Source: Eledone cirrhosa (taxonomy: Eukaryota). Taken from it: a stretch of DNA of 64,000 bases. Positions 24,912 to 41,823 of this stretch are shown piece by piece (the first letter of the stretch is position 1; the number at the start of each line of letters is the position of its first letter). The stretch spans positions 52,824,001 to 52,888,000 of the forward strand of contig OZ024748.1 in NCBI GenBank assembly GCA_964016885.1. Reading direction: 5' to 3'. Position numbers and translations under genes: made by a program. The notes under the pieces are model-generated. The model did no database searches, was not told the origin of the DNA, and was given only the letters and a program-made list of their open reading frames with translations.

Positions 24912-25620
24912 GGTCTTTGCTCAAATCTGGCTAACATAGGGCGGGAGTGGGTCTTTGCTCAAATCTGGCTAATATAGGGCGGGTGTGGGTCTTTGCTCAA
25001 ATCTGGCTAATATAGGGCGTAAGTGGGTCTTTGCTCAAATCTGGCTAATATAGGGCAGGAGTGGGTCTTTGCTCTAATCTGGCTAACATAGGGCGGAAGT
25101 GGGTCTTTGCTCTAATCTGGCTAATATAGGGCAGGAGTGGGTCTTTGCTCTAATCTGGCTAATATAGGGCAGGAGTGGGTCTTTGCTCTAATCTGGCTAA
25201 CATAGGGCGGAAGTGGGTCTTTGCTCAAATCTGGCTAATATAGGGCAGGAGTGGGTCTTTGCTCAAATCTGGCTAACATAGGGCGGAAGTGGGTCTTTGC
25301 TCAAATCTGGCTAATATAGGGCAGGAGTGGGTCTTTGCTCTAATCTGGCTAACATAGGGCGTAAGTGGGTCTTTGCTCTAATCTGGCTAATATAGGGCAG
25401 GAGTGGGTCTTTGCTCTAATCTGGCTAATATAGGGCAGGAGTGGGTCTTTGCTCTAATCTGGCTAATATAGGGCAGGAGTGGGTCTTTGCTCTAATCTGG
25501 CTAACATAGGGCGGAAGTGGGTCTTTGCTCAAATCTGGTTAATGTAGGGTGGAAGTGGGTCTTTGCTCAAATCTGGCTAACATAGGGGTGGAAGTGGGTC
25601 TTTGCTTTAATCTGGCTAGG
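24912..25620. repeat. 39-40 bp minisatellite, about 18 units
   Basis: Unit gtgggtctttgctc(a/t)aatctggctaa(t/c)atagggc(agga/ggaa); a lone partial unit near 25700. Confidence 0.95.
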
Positions 25621-25983
25621 ATGGGGATATAAGTTTATTATTAGGGAGTCTATGCTCTCCTCTTGCTAACAAAGCAGTGGAAATTTAGTATTAGGGGCGT
25701 CTTTGCTCAAATCTGGCTATCAGTTGGAAATGAGGGGGTAAACTTGTATCTTTTCTTTATCTTTCTCTCCTCCCTTCTTTTTTTCTTGGGTCATCAAAAT
25801 AAGTATCAGTATTTAAAATGGAATCAATTACCTTATTTAAACTGCGCCCCCCCCCCCCCCCGCCCCTCTCTAAAAAAAAATCAAACAAAAACATGTCCTT
25901 GAGCTGGAATCAAAGACCAAGACACAAAACCCTCTGTAGGGTTGTGTAATGAAGACAATAAAAAAATAATAAATTTTATTGAA

Positions 25984-26993
25984 TTAATAGTTTCTAAATG
26001 TGGCACAATGCCAGCAATTTGAAGTGAAGGGGAAAATTGTTTAACTTAACCCTAGTGCATTACTGGTACTTTATTTTATAAATCCCATAAGGATGAAAGA
26101 TAAAGCTAACCTTGATGGAATTTGACTCAAGAATGCATCATTAAGGGTCGTAACTATATGCTGAAAAGCATGTTGTACAAAACTGCCAATCCACCACCCT
26201 ATTTTATTGAAATAATGGTTTTTAATTTAGGCACAAAGCCAGCATTTTGAAGGGAGGGGAAATTCAATTAAATTGGCCCCAGTGCATTACTGGTATTTTA
26301 TTTTATTGACCCTACAAGGATGAAGGGCAAAGTTAACCTCACTGGGATTTGAACTCAGAATGTAAAGTGACATAACTACATGCTGCAAAGCATGTTGTCT
26401 GACGCTCTACTGATTCTGCCAATCCACTGCCCTATCCTATTGACATAATTGGTTTCTAATCTAGGCACCTGGCCAGCCATTTTGGGGGACAGGAAGATCA
26501 ATTAAATTCAACCCGAGTTACTGGTGCTTTATTAACCCCATACGAATGTAAAGGACCGTAACTCTATGCTGTGAAACATGGTGTACTAGTTTACTAGTTT
26601 ATCCAGTAAGACATGAGTACAAATGAGATATGTCAAATGATTTAGGTTGCTTTGGTATAACTGGTAACAGAGATTTGAACTTAGACAGTAAATGGCTGTA
26701 ACTCTGTTGTAAAGCATGTTGTCCACGCTCTACTTATTGAAATAATTGTTTCTACTTTAGGCACAAGGCCAGCAATTATCCCAGTGCGTTACTGGTACTT
26801 TATTTTATCGACCCCGTAAGGATGAAAGGCAAAGTCAACCTCGGCGGGATTTGAACTCAGATCGTAAAGGGACGTAACTATGCTGGAAAGCATGGCGTCC
26901 GACCCTCTACTGATACTGCCAATCCACCGCCTTTCTTATTGAAATAATGGTTTCTAATCTAAACACAAGGCCAGCAATTTGAAGGGAAGGGGA
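25984..26993 (-). mobile_element. Stack of about six head-to-tail family-A SINEs of different ages
   Basis: Copies start near 25984, 26212, 26447, 26660, 26742 (young, TSD cttattgaaataat) and 26942. Confidence 0.85.
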
Positions 26994-27208
26994 TCGTCAT
27001 CGTTTAACATCCATCTTCCACACCAGCATGGGTTGGACGGGTTTGTCCCACTGGAGGCAAGATTGATTGGATGACCATGTCTCGCTCATACAAAACTGTT
27101 TCTGGCAGGTTTTCTACGGCTGGATGCCCTTCCTAATGCCAAGCACATTTACAGTGTGGACTGAGAGCCTTTTTACCGTGTCTCCTTTACATGACCACTT
27201 TACAGTGG
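26994..27208 (-). mobile_element. Family-B-related SINE 3' part
   Basis: catcgtttaacatcc..gcatgggttggacgg..ggctggatgcccttcctaatgcc. Confidence 0.7.
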
Positions 27209-27312
27209 ACAGAAGTGGGGTGGTGTGTATATTGGGTTAAGAGGTGCCTACTGACTGTAGCGATAGTCAATGAAATCCATCTCAGTATTGGACTAATACT
27301 TTACTTAATCAT

Positions 27313-27465
27313 AGGCAGTGAATTAGCAGAGTCGTTTGAATGTCAGATAGAATGTTTTTAGGCCTTCATTTCGTCTCTGTTCTCTGAGTTCAAATCTCAC
27401 TGAGATTAACTTTACTTTTTGTTCATTCACAGTTGACAAAAAAAATACTAGTCTGGTACTGGGGC
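27313..27465 (+). mobile_element. Old family-A-like SINE
   Basis: ggcagtgaattagcaga..gagttcaaatctc..ctttacttttgttc. Confidence 0.6.
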
Positions 27466-27749
27466 CATTTCTTCATCTATATCTCTTTCCCACTTCCTCA
27501 CTCTCATTCTCTATCCTTCTCTGGGAGAAATATGCTGTATTCAGACCCAGAGAGGAGATGGGCTCTGCCTGGTTTTAAAGAATCCCTAGAAATGCTGTAT
27601 GTCAATGCACCTGCCCACCCCACCGCCACCATCCTCAGGAATTACAAGACCATATATATATTATTTTATCAAACCTGAATGGATGAAAGGATAAGTTAAC
27701 CTAGGAAAAATTTGAACTCAGAACATAAAGAGGCTGAACAAATACTATA

Positions 27750-27943
27750 TGAGGGTTAAGTGAAAGGTTAATAGGCTGACCAAGATACTCTCATGGAATG
27801 ACTAAATGAGGTTTATTATTCAACACAGTCCCTGGAAAGAAACAATGCAGTTATCAAGAAGAGTTGAATTAAAGCATGCAAGATTTCACAGCTCTAGTAT
27901 CACTCCTACATAGTTAGAAAATGAAATTTCTAGCCGACCCTTG
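27750..27943. mobile_element. Mariner-type MITE nested in a minus-strand family-A SINE (27655-27968)
   Basis: TA-TGAGGGTT... / ...GACCCTTG-TA termini. SINE sequence resumes with aggcattttgtctgatgctc. Confidence 0.6.
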
Positions 27944-28212
27944 TAAGGCATTTTGTCTGATGCTCTCATGTTTCTGAAAACACAAGAAATATTTCTATCT
28001 TAGGAAATCAAGGAAGAATTTTCTAGAAGTAGCATTATGTCAACCCTGGGAGGAACTTTATAAGGAGGGGTACAGTCTATGAAATTAAACCCTGTACTAT
28101 TGTATCGATTGTAGAAGCATGTGTAATACATAAATCTATGTATATATATATGTGTGTGTATGCATATGTGTCTGGGTGTGTATATATATGTATATATATA
28201 TATATATATATA

Positions 28213-28291
28213 CACGGTGTGCCCCCAAAATGTATACATGCTTTTTATTAGAATGCTATTGAAGTGTTTAAACATTTTTGGGGACACCCTA
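28213..28291. mobile_element. Tc1/mariner-type MITE, same family as 8844-8966
   Basis: TIR ggtgtgcccccaaaatgt / acatttttggggacacc, set within (TA)n. Confidence 0.7.
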
Positions 28292-28306
28292 TATATATAT
28301 ATATAT

Positions 28307-28492
28307 ATTGTTTCTACTTTTGGCACAAGGCCAGCAATTACCCAGTGCATTACTGGTACTTTATTTTATTGACCCCGTAAGGATGAAAGGCAAAGTTAAC
28401 CTCGGCGTGATTTGAACTCAGAATGGCAAGGGCCGTAACTCTATGCGTCAAAGCATGGCGTCCGACCTTCTACCGGTACTGCCAATCCACCA
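28307..28492 (-). mobile_element. Family-A SINE
   Basis: Full head, core and tail on the minus strand. Confidence 0.9.
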
Positions 28493-28690
28493 CATGCATA
28501 TATGCATATGTATATACATAAATATATATGTCTGTGTATATATATATAAAGAGTTAAACAAGATTCAATGAGTACATCAAAGAATTAGTTTTACAGTAGA
28601 TTGGAAGCACTCTACAAAAAAATAATTTTCCAGAGTTATTAATATTAAAATACAAATATTAATAAAATAGATGTTCTTTTGATCAATTAA

Positions 28691-28743
28691 ATGTTATTAT
28701 ACATATTTCAGAGGTACAACAGTACGTCTTCATCAGACAAAAT
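28691..28743 (-). ncRNA. Hammerhead motif, left arm
   Basis: ATTTTGT-CTGATGA-AGAcGTACtgttGTACcTCT-GAAA-TATGTA-TA-ATAACAT. Confidence 0.65.
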
Positions 28744-28867
28744 ATAATGATACATGACATACCCTGAGATGTTAAATGGTTAAGATTTAATCAAGGTACC
28801 TTGATTAAATCTTACCTTGATTAAATGTTAACCATTTAACATCTCAGGGTATGTCATGTATCATTAT

Positions 28868-28920
28868 ATTTTGTCTGATGAGGACGTACTGTTGTACCTC
28901 TGAAATATGTATAATAAGAT
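28868..28920 (+). ncRNA. Hammerhead motif, right arm
   Basis: ATTTTGT-CTGATGA-GGAcGTACtgttGTACcTCT-GAAA-TATGTA-TA-ATAAGAT. Stem I is 7 bp with two G-U pairs. Confidence 0.7.
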
Positions 28921-29203
28921 TTAATTGGTCAAAAGAACATCTATTTTATTAATATTTGTATTTTAATATATATATATATATTTATTATGAGAAACAGGAA
29001 CCGTCAAAAATGATTACTCTAAGATTTATGATGGAGACCTTGAAATGATAATTCATTCCACGATTGGCAGTGTGAAACTTGGAGTAACGATTTTTGGAGC
29101 TTCAGCTTCTAATAAATAATATAGCTCTCTACATTTTTACAGTTACCATATACTTCTACAGAAATATGTATCTCTCTCATAATACATAATGCCTGTATAT
29201 ATT

Positions 29204-29244
<41 letters not shown>

Positions 29245-29401
29245 ATGTGTATATGTGTGTGTATATATATATGTGTGTGTGTATATATATATGCGTGTGT
29301 GTATATATATATATGTGTGTGTGTGTGTATATATATATATGTGTGTGTGTGTGTATATATATATGTGTGTTTGAGTGTATATATATATGTGTGTTTGAGT
29401 G

Positions 29402-29445
<44 letters not shown>

Positions 29446-30194
29446 GCACATACTTAAACATATTTTTAGTAATTAAATTATCTTGGAGCGATTTTGTTCT
29501 TTTAGGAATTCCATTTTTTTTTAGGCATTCCAACAAGAGCAACAACAACAGTAACAATAACAACAAATACAACAACAACAACACAGAGAAACATGAAGGG
29601 AGGGGAAAATCATGAAATTAAAAATTCAGTTTTTTCCCTTTTTTTTTTTTTTTACAAAATTTATTCATCGTATTCTCATCTCAGATCTACATTTTTTTTT
29701 AACATATATTGTTGATTATGTGTTTGTGTGTGTGTATATATATGTGTGTATGTGTGTGTGTATACGTGTGTGTGTGTGTGTGTGTGTCGATATGTGTATG
29801 TATGTGTCGATGTAAATATGTCTGTGTGTGTGCATGTGCATCTGTGTGTGTATGTCCATATGCGTGTGTAAGTCTCTATGTATATATGTCTGTGTACGTG
29901 TGCATCTGTGTCTGTACGTCCATATGTGTGTGTGTATGTCTCTATGTATATATATATGCCCATGTATGTGTATATGTGTTAGTACATGTTCCTGTATATG
30001 CTTACGTGCACGTGTGTGTGTGTATATATGAATGTATGGGCATGTCTGTATGTATGAGTATGTATATATGTATGTATGTATGTATGTATGAATATGTATA
30101 TACGTATGTATGTATGTATGTATGTATGTATGTATGTATGTATGTATGTATGTATGTTTGAGTACATGTATCAGTGTATGCCCATGTGTGTGTA

Positions 30195-31282
30195 TGTGGG
30201 AGTATATGTATGTGTGTATTCAGTATGCATGTGTGTGTGTGCTATGCCTGTGTGCATGCGTGTGCACATATCTATGTTTATGTATGTGTATGTATATATA
30301 TGTATGTGTGTATTCAGTGTGCATGTGTGTGTGTGCTATGCCTGTGTGCATGCGTGTGCACATATCTATGTTTATGTGTATGTATATATATGTATGTGTG
30401 TATTCAGTGTGCATGTGTGTGTGTGCTATGCCTGTGTGCATGCGTGTGCACATATCTATGTTTATGTGTATGTATATATATGTATGTGTGTATTCAGTGT
30501 GCATGTGTGTGTGTGCTATGCCTGTGTGCATGCGTGTGCACATATCTATGTTTATGTATGTGTATGTATATATATGTATGTGTGTATTCAGTATGCATGT
30601 GTGTGTGTGCTATGCCTGTGTGCATGCGTGTGCACATATCTATGTTTATGTGTATGTATATATATGTATGTGTGTATTCAGTGTGCATGTGTGTGTGTGC
30701 TATGCCTGTGTGCATGCGTGTGCACATATCTATGTTTATGTATGTGTATGTATATATATGTATGTGTGTATTCAGTGTGCATGTGTGTGTGTGCTATGCC
30801 TGTGTGCATGCGTGTGCACATATCTATGTTTATGTGTATGTATATATATGTATGCGTGTATTCAGTGTGCATGTGTGTGTGTGCTATGCCTGTGTGCATG
30901 CGTGTGCACATATCTATGTTTATGTTTGTGTATGTATATATATGTATGTGTGTATTCAGTGTGCATGTGTGTGTGTGCTATGCCTGTGTGCATGCGTGTG
31001 CACATATCTATGTTTATGTATGTGTATGTATATATATGTATGTGTGTATTCAGTGTGCATGTGTGTGTGTGCTATGCCTGTGTGCATGCGTGTGCACATA
31101 TCTATGTTTATGTGTATGTATATATATGTATGTGCGTATTCAGTGTGCATGTGTGTGTGTGCTATGCCTGTGTGCATGCGTGTGTACATATCTATGTTTA
31201 TGTGTATGTATATATATGTATGTGTGTATTCAGTGTGCATGCGTGTGCACATATCTATGTTTATGTGTATGTATATATATGT
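30195..31282. repeat. 90/94-bp tandem repeat, about 12 units, partly with a 184-bp dimer period
   Basis: Unit tattcagtgtgcatgtgtgtgtgtgctatgcctgtgtgcatgcgtgtgcacatatctatgtttatg. ORF starts repeat at 184 bp. Confidence 0.95.
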
Positions 31283-31419
31283 ACCCTTGTCTTCCTAGTT
31301 TCATATATATAATTTGACTAATCACCTCCTCAGTAGATAAATAGGAAGAAAACTAAAACAATATGATGTATCTCCTTTGTTCTTTATACTCCCCTACACA
31401 CCAATAATTCCTCAACAGC

Positions 31420-31900
31420 TTGGTATGCCGGTTCCAAAGATCTCCTTCACTCTCCTTCTCCATCTCATTCTCTCGTCCATTCCTTGTAACAGGTTCTCTA
31501 GATTGCACTCTGCATCCACGCAAAGCTGTTTGATGTAGCTTCTGTGAGGTCTGCCCACATTGACATGCCCGTAGCTGTTTGGTGTATTAGGTTCTGAGAG
31601 GTCTTCCCACATTGGCATGTCCAAGCAAGACACGGTCGCCCGACCCAACTTGCCTCTTATGGGACGCACCCGTCTAACCCATCTAGCGTGGAAAATAGGC
31701 ATTGATGGTAGCTGATGGTAGCTGTTTGATTTTTATGTTTTGTGAGGCCTTAACTGTTTGATGTAGGTTCTGTGAGGCCTGCCCACTTTGGCATGTCCTT
31801 AGCTGTTTGATGTAAATTCTGTGAGGCCTGCCCAGTTTGGCATGTCCTTAACTGTTTGATGTAGTAGGTTCTGTGAGGTCTACCCACTTTTACATGCCCA
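31420..31900 (-). mobile_element. RTE LINE C-terminal fragment with tandem amplification of about 49 bp and an inserted SINE tail
   Basis: GRPHRSYIKQLCVDAECNLENLLQGMDERMRWRRRV. Repeated ctgtttgatgtag..tgtgaggcctgcccac. Confidence 0.7.
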
Positions 31901-31961
31901 GGCCTCTGCCTTGATACCCTTCACAACAACTATTTAAGCCCTTGATGACTGCATTTATAAT

Positions 31962-32165
31962 GTTTTCTGATTTAGACGAAAGGTCAACAATTTTAAGAGA
32001 GAAGTTGATTATGTTAACCCCAGTGTGTTACTGGTACTTTATTTTATCGAGGCTGTAAGGATGAAAGGCAAAGTTAACCTCTGAGGGATTTGAACTTAGA
32101 ACATAGAAAGTTGTAACTAAATAGCACATATCATGTTGTCCAATGTTCCACCGATTTTGCCAATT
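31962..32165 (-). mobile_element. Old family-A SINE
   Basis: Core ctggtactttattttatcga..aaggatgaaaggcaaag. Confidence 0.75.
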
Positions 32166-32404
32166 ATTTTGTTCCTAATATAACTTAACATATGGTTCTT
32201 GTATAACATGATGTTGGAATATATAAATTTATATAGGAATCATTTGAAATGGGTGGGTTTCTTTCATAAAACCAGGGCCGGCTTTGGCTAGTTTTGGCCA
32301 GGTTCATATCATCATTATCGTCATCGTTTAATGTCCATTTTCAATGTTAAAAGGGTTAATATTTAACTTTTAAGAATGGCTTGCAAATTTGTATTTTCCT
32401 TGAT

Positions 32405-32600
32405 ATAATTGTTTCTACTTTTGGCACAAGGCCAGCAATTATACCAGTGTATTACTGGTATACTTTATTTTATCAACCCTGTAAGGATGAAAGGCAAAGT
32501 TAACCTCGGTGGGATTTGAACTCAGACCACAAAGGGCTGTAACTCTTTGCTGCAAAGCATGGCATCCGACCCTCTACCGATACTGCCAATCCACTGCCCT
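32405..32600 (-). mobile_element. Family-A SINE with TSD
   Basis: TSD ttttccttgatataat. Confidence 0.9.
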
Positions 32601-32689
32601 TTTTCCTTGATATAATGATTAACTGTAGCTTATGGAATTACTTTCTCTTTGATCCACACAAATATTTTGTTTATAAAGTTATTGCAACC

Positions 32690-32795
32690 GTCTCCAACTG
32701 ATAGACAGTTGCTTCTGACAAGTCCTGGTGGAAGGATTGTTTCAGGACTCTGCCCCCCACGACCCTCTCAGAAATAAATGGACGAAGAAGAAGTT
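32690..32795 (+). mobile_element. RTE/Expander-like 3' end fragment
   Basis: Similar to 11255-11345. Confidence 0.6.
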
Positions 32796-33397
32796 GTTGT
32801 TTGAAGAAGCTGCTGTATACCTGACTCAAGTTTAAATGTTACCTTCTAAAACCACCTCCATCTGGGTTCATCTGACCATAACTTAACTGCTTTATTTATA
32901 ATTAAATGTATTCCAATTATAATTAGCTCAACTTTTTTTTCCTATATCTAGGTTTACATTGTCTAATGTGTCCTTCCATTTTCAGTCAATAAGATATGTT
33001 TCTAGGGTGATTTGGTTGTTATTTCTAGAAATTTTGTAGATGACAAGAAGTGCATACATGGCCCCAAAGTGTAGAGATAGTCATAGGGGGCCATATTGAC
33101 ATACATTTCTTGGGAATTTTTAAACATGGCTGAGCCCAATCCTCTCCAGGAATAAGGAAGTAATTTAATGATAAATAGAATTTAACTTCTCTTCATTTCC
33201 TGTCTGGAAAAGGAAGTTCCTCTCTATTGATAAGGTTATTGTTTCTTTGAGAACTCCCAGATCAACACAGATTAAGTAAACAGGATCACAAGTATTCCAG
33301 CCATGACCATCTTGTAGATTTTTCTTTTCAGTTGACTACATTATGAAATATCTCCATCGTTTTTCAAAAGATTAAGGTGCAGTTTAGGGAGATTTGT

Positions 33398-33690
33398 AGA
33401 GGTGCGTAGCCTAGTAGTAAGGGAGTTGAGTTTACGATCGTAATGTTCTGGGTTCAATTCCTGGACTGGGTTGTGTGGTGTCCATCTTGAACAAAAACTC
33501 TTAATTTCACATTGCTTCAGAATACTAAGCTGAAAATGAGTACCGGCAACAGCTGGTGTGGTTAACTCTGTGATGGACTGGCATCCTGTCCGGGAAGGGG
33601 TTCATGTACTCTTAGTCCCTCCATGCCACAGAAGCTGGGATAAACACCAGTCTGGTGAGCCCCTGGGCTTGAGCCAGACTTTAGACTTTT
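33398..33690 (+). mobile_element. tRNA-derived SINE, family C
   Basis: A box TAGCCTAGTAG, B box GGTTCAATTCC, body ctgtgatggactggcatcctgtcc. A related minus-strand copy lies near 41990-42220. Confidence 0.7.
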
Positions 33691-33762
33691 TAGGGAGATT
33701 TAGCTAGTTTCTGATAAGTAAAGCAGATACATAAGGAATCTTTCTTTTTATTCTTTTAATGT

Positions 33763-33953
33763 AATAATTGTTTCTACTTTTGGAACAAGGCCAGCAATTA
33801 CCCAGTGCATTACTGGTACTTTATTTTTTCGACCTTGTAAGGATGAAAGGCAAAGTTAACCTCGGTGGGATTTGAACTCAGAATGGCAAGGGCCATAACT
33901 CTATGCATCAAAGCATGGTGTCCGACCCTCTACCGATACTGCCAATCCGCCGC
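33763..33953 (-). mobile_element. Family-A SINE with TSD
   Basis: Flanking repeat atgtaataat. Confidence 0.9.
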
Positions 33954-34418
33954 TTTTTATGTAATAATGTTTCTGAAAGAAAAGGCATGAATACCCAAAC
34001 CTCCCCTTATATCATTTTATTTTTGTGCTACATTTATTAATTGGGGCTTGAAAACCAGTTTTGATAAATTACTCAAAAATAATTTAGGCCATGAATCACT
34101 GATTGAGGTTTCAGTCTGAAAAATTCTTCCTTTCTTTTAAAATAATTTTTTTTTAATTTATTGGTATCAGACAAAACGAATTGTTGTTTGTGAAAATAGA
34201 TATTTCAAGAGAAATGTGTGTGTGTGTGTATGATAAATATATGTGTGTGTGTATGTGTGTGGTTGTGTGTAGTAGATGCAGTAATGACAACAACAACAAC
34301 TATAAAAACAACACATGAAAACAGAGAGAGGAGGGGAGGAAATGTGAAATTAAAAATTCATTTTTTTTTTCAAGAATTTATTCATAGTATTTTCATGTTA
34401 ATTCTAATTTTTATTCTT

Positions 34419-38330
<3,912 letters not shown>

Positions 38331-38538
38331 CATATATTATAAACTCATAGAGTTATGTAAAAAAATACTACATACATATGTTTATGTATGTATATGGGGC
38401 ACGCGCTTTTGCATATATTAAATTTCCCTATAATTTATGCAGAAGCTACCTAATTTACATATATATGCGTGTGTGTGCGTAATTAAATCTATATACCTTG
38501 ATATTGTATATCTATTTCTTTCTCCCCCTCTCATTATA

Positions 38539-38569
<31 letters not shown>

Positions 38570-38794
38570 CTGTGTGTATAAAGTTACAATTATACATTTA
38601 CCATTCACAAACGTGACATCCGATTAAGAAATTAAAAAAGGCTGATTGTATGACTTGAACCTGGTATCGTTAGTATACTGTATCCCTCTATTACCAGTTA
38701 GTTCCACCAAAGCAACCTACAACGATTGACCTATCCAATTTGTACTCATGTCTTACTAGATTAACTACCATACCATACTTCACAATGTAGATTA

Positions 38795-39052
38795 ATGGCA
38801 CTTTATGTTCTAAGTTCAAATCTCACCAAGGTTAGCTTTGCATGTCATCTTTATGGGGGCTCGATAAAATAATTGTTTCTACTTTAGGCACAAGGCCAGC
38901 AATTACCCAGTACATTACTGGTACTTTATTTTATCGACCCCGTAAGGATGAAAGGCAAAGTTAACCTCGGCGGGATTTGAACTCAGATCATAAAGGACCG
39001 TAACTCTATGCGTCAAAGCATGGCGTCCGGCCCTTCTACCGATACAGCCAAT
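38795..39052. mobile_element. Young minus-strand family-A SINE (38869-39052) inserted into an older plus-strand copy
   Basis: The plus core ends gggctcgataaaat and is followed immediately by the minus-strand tail aattgtttctact. Confidence 0.8.
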
Positions 39053-39589
39053 CGACAAAAGAAATTAATGATCGCGATTGGCATTTTTTAGCTGATTTTA
39101 TGGTTATCTGAAAGACGGGTGTCAGATAAGTGGGTAGGGACACAATATTACTGCTTGTCATAGGAGCTATTTCCCTTAGTTACACCTCTGGTCACATGCC
39201 TTCTGGTTCAACTCACAAACTTCTGATTGTGAGCCAAACTTACTAAGCCCCAAAAGCCATATATAACTTCACAGAAATTGCAGTGCTAGTGAAACTCATA
39301 ATCTCATGACTGTGAGCTAAACACTCAAACCCACTAAGCCATCTATACCTTTAGAAAAGATTGTAGTGCAAGCTATAAGGCAGAGGATGGGTGTGTGTGT
39401 GGGGGTGGTGGGGGTGGGGGCTTAATAACAATAGAGGATGTGAAAAATATATTTATCAAATGTGAGGAAATGTCTGTCCCTTGATCAGCATAAAAATATA
39501 TAAAAATACAAAACCTGAAGAAGTAAATATAGAGATGAATATGAAACCTTACTTTACACTTTGGTTTCAGTGAAAGAGTACATATGTAC

Positions 39590-39710
39590 ACATTCATATA
39601 CAATCATATACACATTCATATACAGTCATATACACATTCATGTACAGTCATATACACATTCATGTACAGTCATATACACATTCATGTACAGTCATATACA
39701 CATTCATGTA
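39590..39710. repeat. 22-bp tandem repeat (cagtcatatacacattcatgta)
   Basis: About five units visible. Confidence 0.85.
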
Positions 39711-40308
39711 AACATGCACACATTCATTTACATTCATACAAACATTTATATACACACTCATACACACTCTCATACACACATGTACTCATGTACACGCATT
39801 CATATACATATGTACACACGAATACACATTCATATAGACGCTGAGACATGTATGTACCTTCTCTCTGTCTCTCTCTCTTACTCACCCATTCTCTCTTTAT
39901 ATATAAATATATATATATACACACACATACATGTATAAACATATATAAATACATATATGTATATACTCACACACATATATAGATATATATATATATATAC
40001 ACAAACACACATTTATTTACATATATATATATATATATACACACACATATTTACACATATATATATATACACACACACACATATATACACACACACACAC
40101 AATTATTTACAAATATATACACACACACACATTTACACACACATTTACACACACACATATATATATATATACACACACACACACATATATTTACACACAT
40201 ATACATATACACACACATATTTACACACACATATATATATATACATATATACACACACACACATATATTTACACACATATATATATATACACACATATAT
40301 TTACACAC

Positions 40309-40382
<74 letters not shown>

Positions 40383-40597
40383 TATATAGGTAAACACACA
40401 CACATATATATATATATATGGCTGTGTATGTGTAAATTTGAATGTACATTTATGTAAATAGTGTTACTATTAAGTGTAAATGTGAATAATTATGGTGTGA
40501 AACCCTGCACTTTCTCAGTTGAGGTGGGAGTGTAGATATCTATGTTTTACATATGATGTTATAGCACAATATATTGCTGAAACATTTATAGCTCTTT

Positions 40598-40960
40598 ACA
40601 TACATACACTGACACACACAAACACATACGCGCACTGACATGTACAAATACACATGCATAATCCGACACATACATACACTGACACACACAAACACATACG
40701 CACACTGACATGTACAAATACACATGCATAATCCGACACATACATACACTGACACACACAAACACATACGCACACTGACATGTACAAATACACATGCATA
40801 ATCCGACACATACATACACTCACTCACACACACAAACACATACGCACACTGACATGTACAAATACACATGCATAATCCGACACATACATACACTCACACA
40901 CACAAACACATACGCACACTGACATGTACAAATACGCATGCATAATCCGACACACACATA
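40598..40960. repeat. Tandem repeat of about 70 bp, 5 units
   Basis: cactgacatgtacaaatacacatgcataatccgacaca. Confidence 0.9.
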
Positions 40961-41239
40961 CATGTACACACACGAACACACATGCACACACAAGCATAAA
41001 GACACAACCACACACTGACACAAAACCATACACTGACACACACACACATGTACACACACACAGGGATAAAGACACAACCACACACTGACACAAAAACATA
41101 CACTGACACACGGAGACACACTCACACGCGTGTGTGTGTGTAAACAAATAGTTAAAGAATGGATAAATATTTCATTAAAAAGCTTATGAAGCAAAACTCC
41201 TGAATCGTTCCTAACCACAAATTGATTGTTAGAATTTCT

Positions 41240-41435
41240 TCCTCTTGACCCATTTATTCCTGGGAGAGTGATGAGGGCAGAGTCCTCAAACACACCTTCA
41301 AGTGAATTCTGTCAGAAGCAAACATCTCCATTTGTTCCGGCTGGATTCCAAAGCCAGACTTGCTGAGCTTATGGATGTTAACGAGCCATCTTGCTCAGCA
41401 TCTACCCCTGGGTCTCCTACTGGATGGTTTTCTCA
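41240..41435 (-). mobile_element. RTE/Expander-like 3' fragment
   Basis: Reverse complement is similar to 11160-11345. Confidence 0.7.
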
Positions 41436-41634
41436 GTTAGAATTACTTGAATGAAAAAAACCTTTTCATCAAGAAGCAAACACAAACTAACAAACTGCAG
41501 AATGTGCCCTGGATGACAAATGTATTGGACAGATTTCAATGGAAACATAAAATACACATGTATAACACTTTTTCTTTGCTTGACCATGCACTTACAACAA
41601 AAATGTATTACCACTGTATTATTATACAACACAG

Positions 41635-41823
41635 GGCGGTGGATTGGCAGTATCGGTAGAGGGTCGGACGCCATGCTTTCCAGCATAGTTACGTCCCTTT
41701 ACAATCTGAGTTCAAATCCCGCCGAGGTTGACTTTGCCTTTCATCCTTACGGGGTCGATAAAATAAAGTACCAGTAATGTACTGGGTAATTGCTGGCCTT
41801 GTGCCTAAAGTAGAAACAATTAT
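41635..41823 (+). mobile_element. Family-A SINE, young, with TSD
   Basis: TSD attattatacaac; intact A and B boxes. Confidence 0.92.

Larger units (their letters stand above)
28642..28969. repeat. Near-perfect fold-back, arms about 150 bp, in a (TA)n-flanked element
   Basis: Arms differ at only a few positions. Centre is aaggtacctt with a short duplication. Confidence 0.95.

Noticed and set aside
24912-25620. CRISPR-like array
   Set aside because: Head-to-tail units with only point variants, no spacers and no cas genes.
41635-41722. tRNA genes
   Set aside because: The A and B boxes belong to SINE heads. There is no complete cloverleaf and they are always followed by SINE body.
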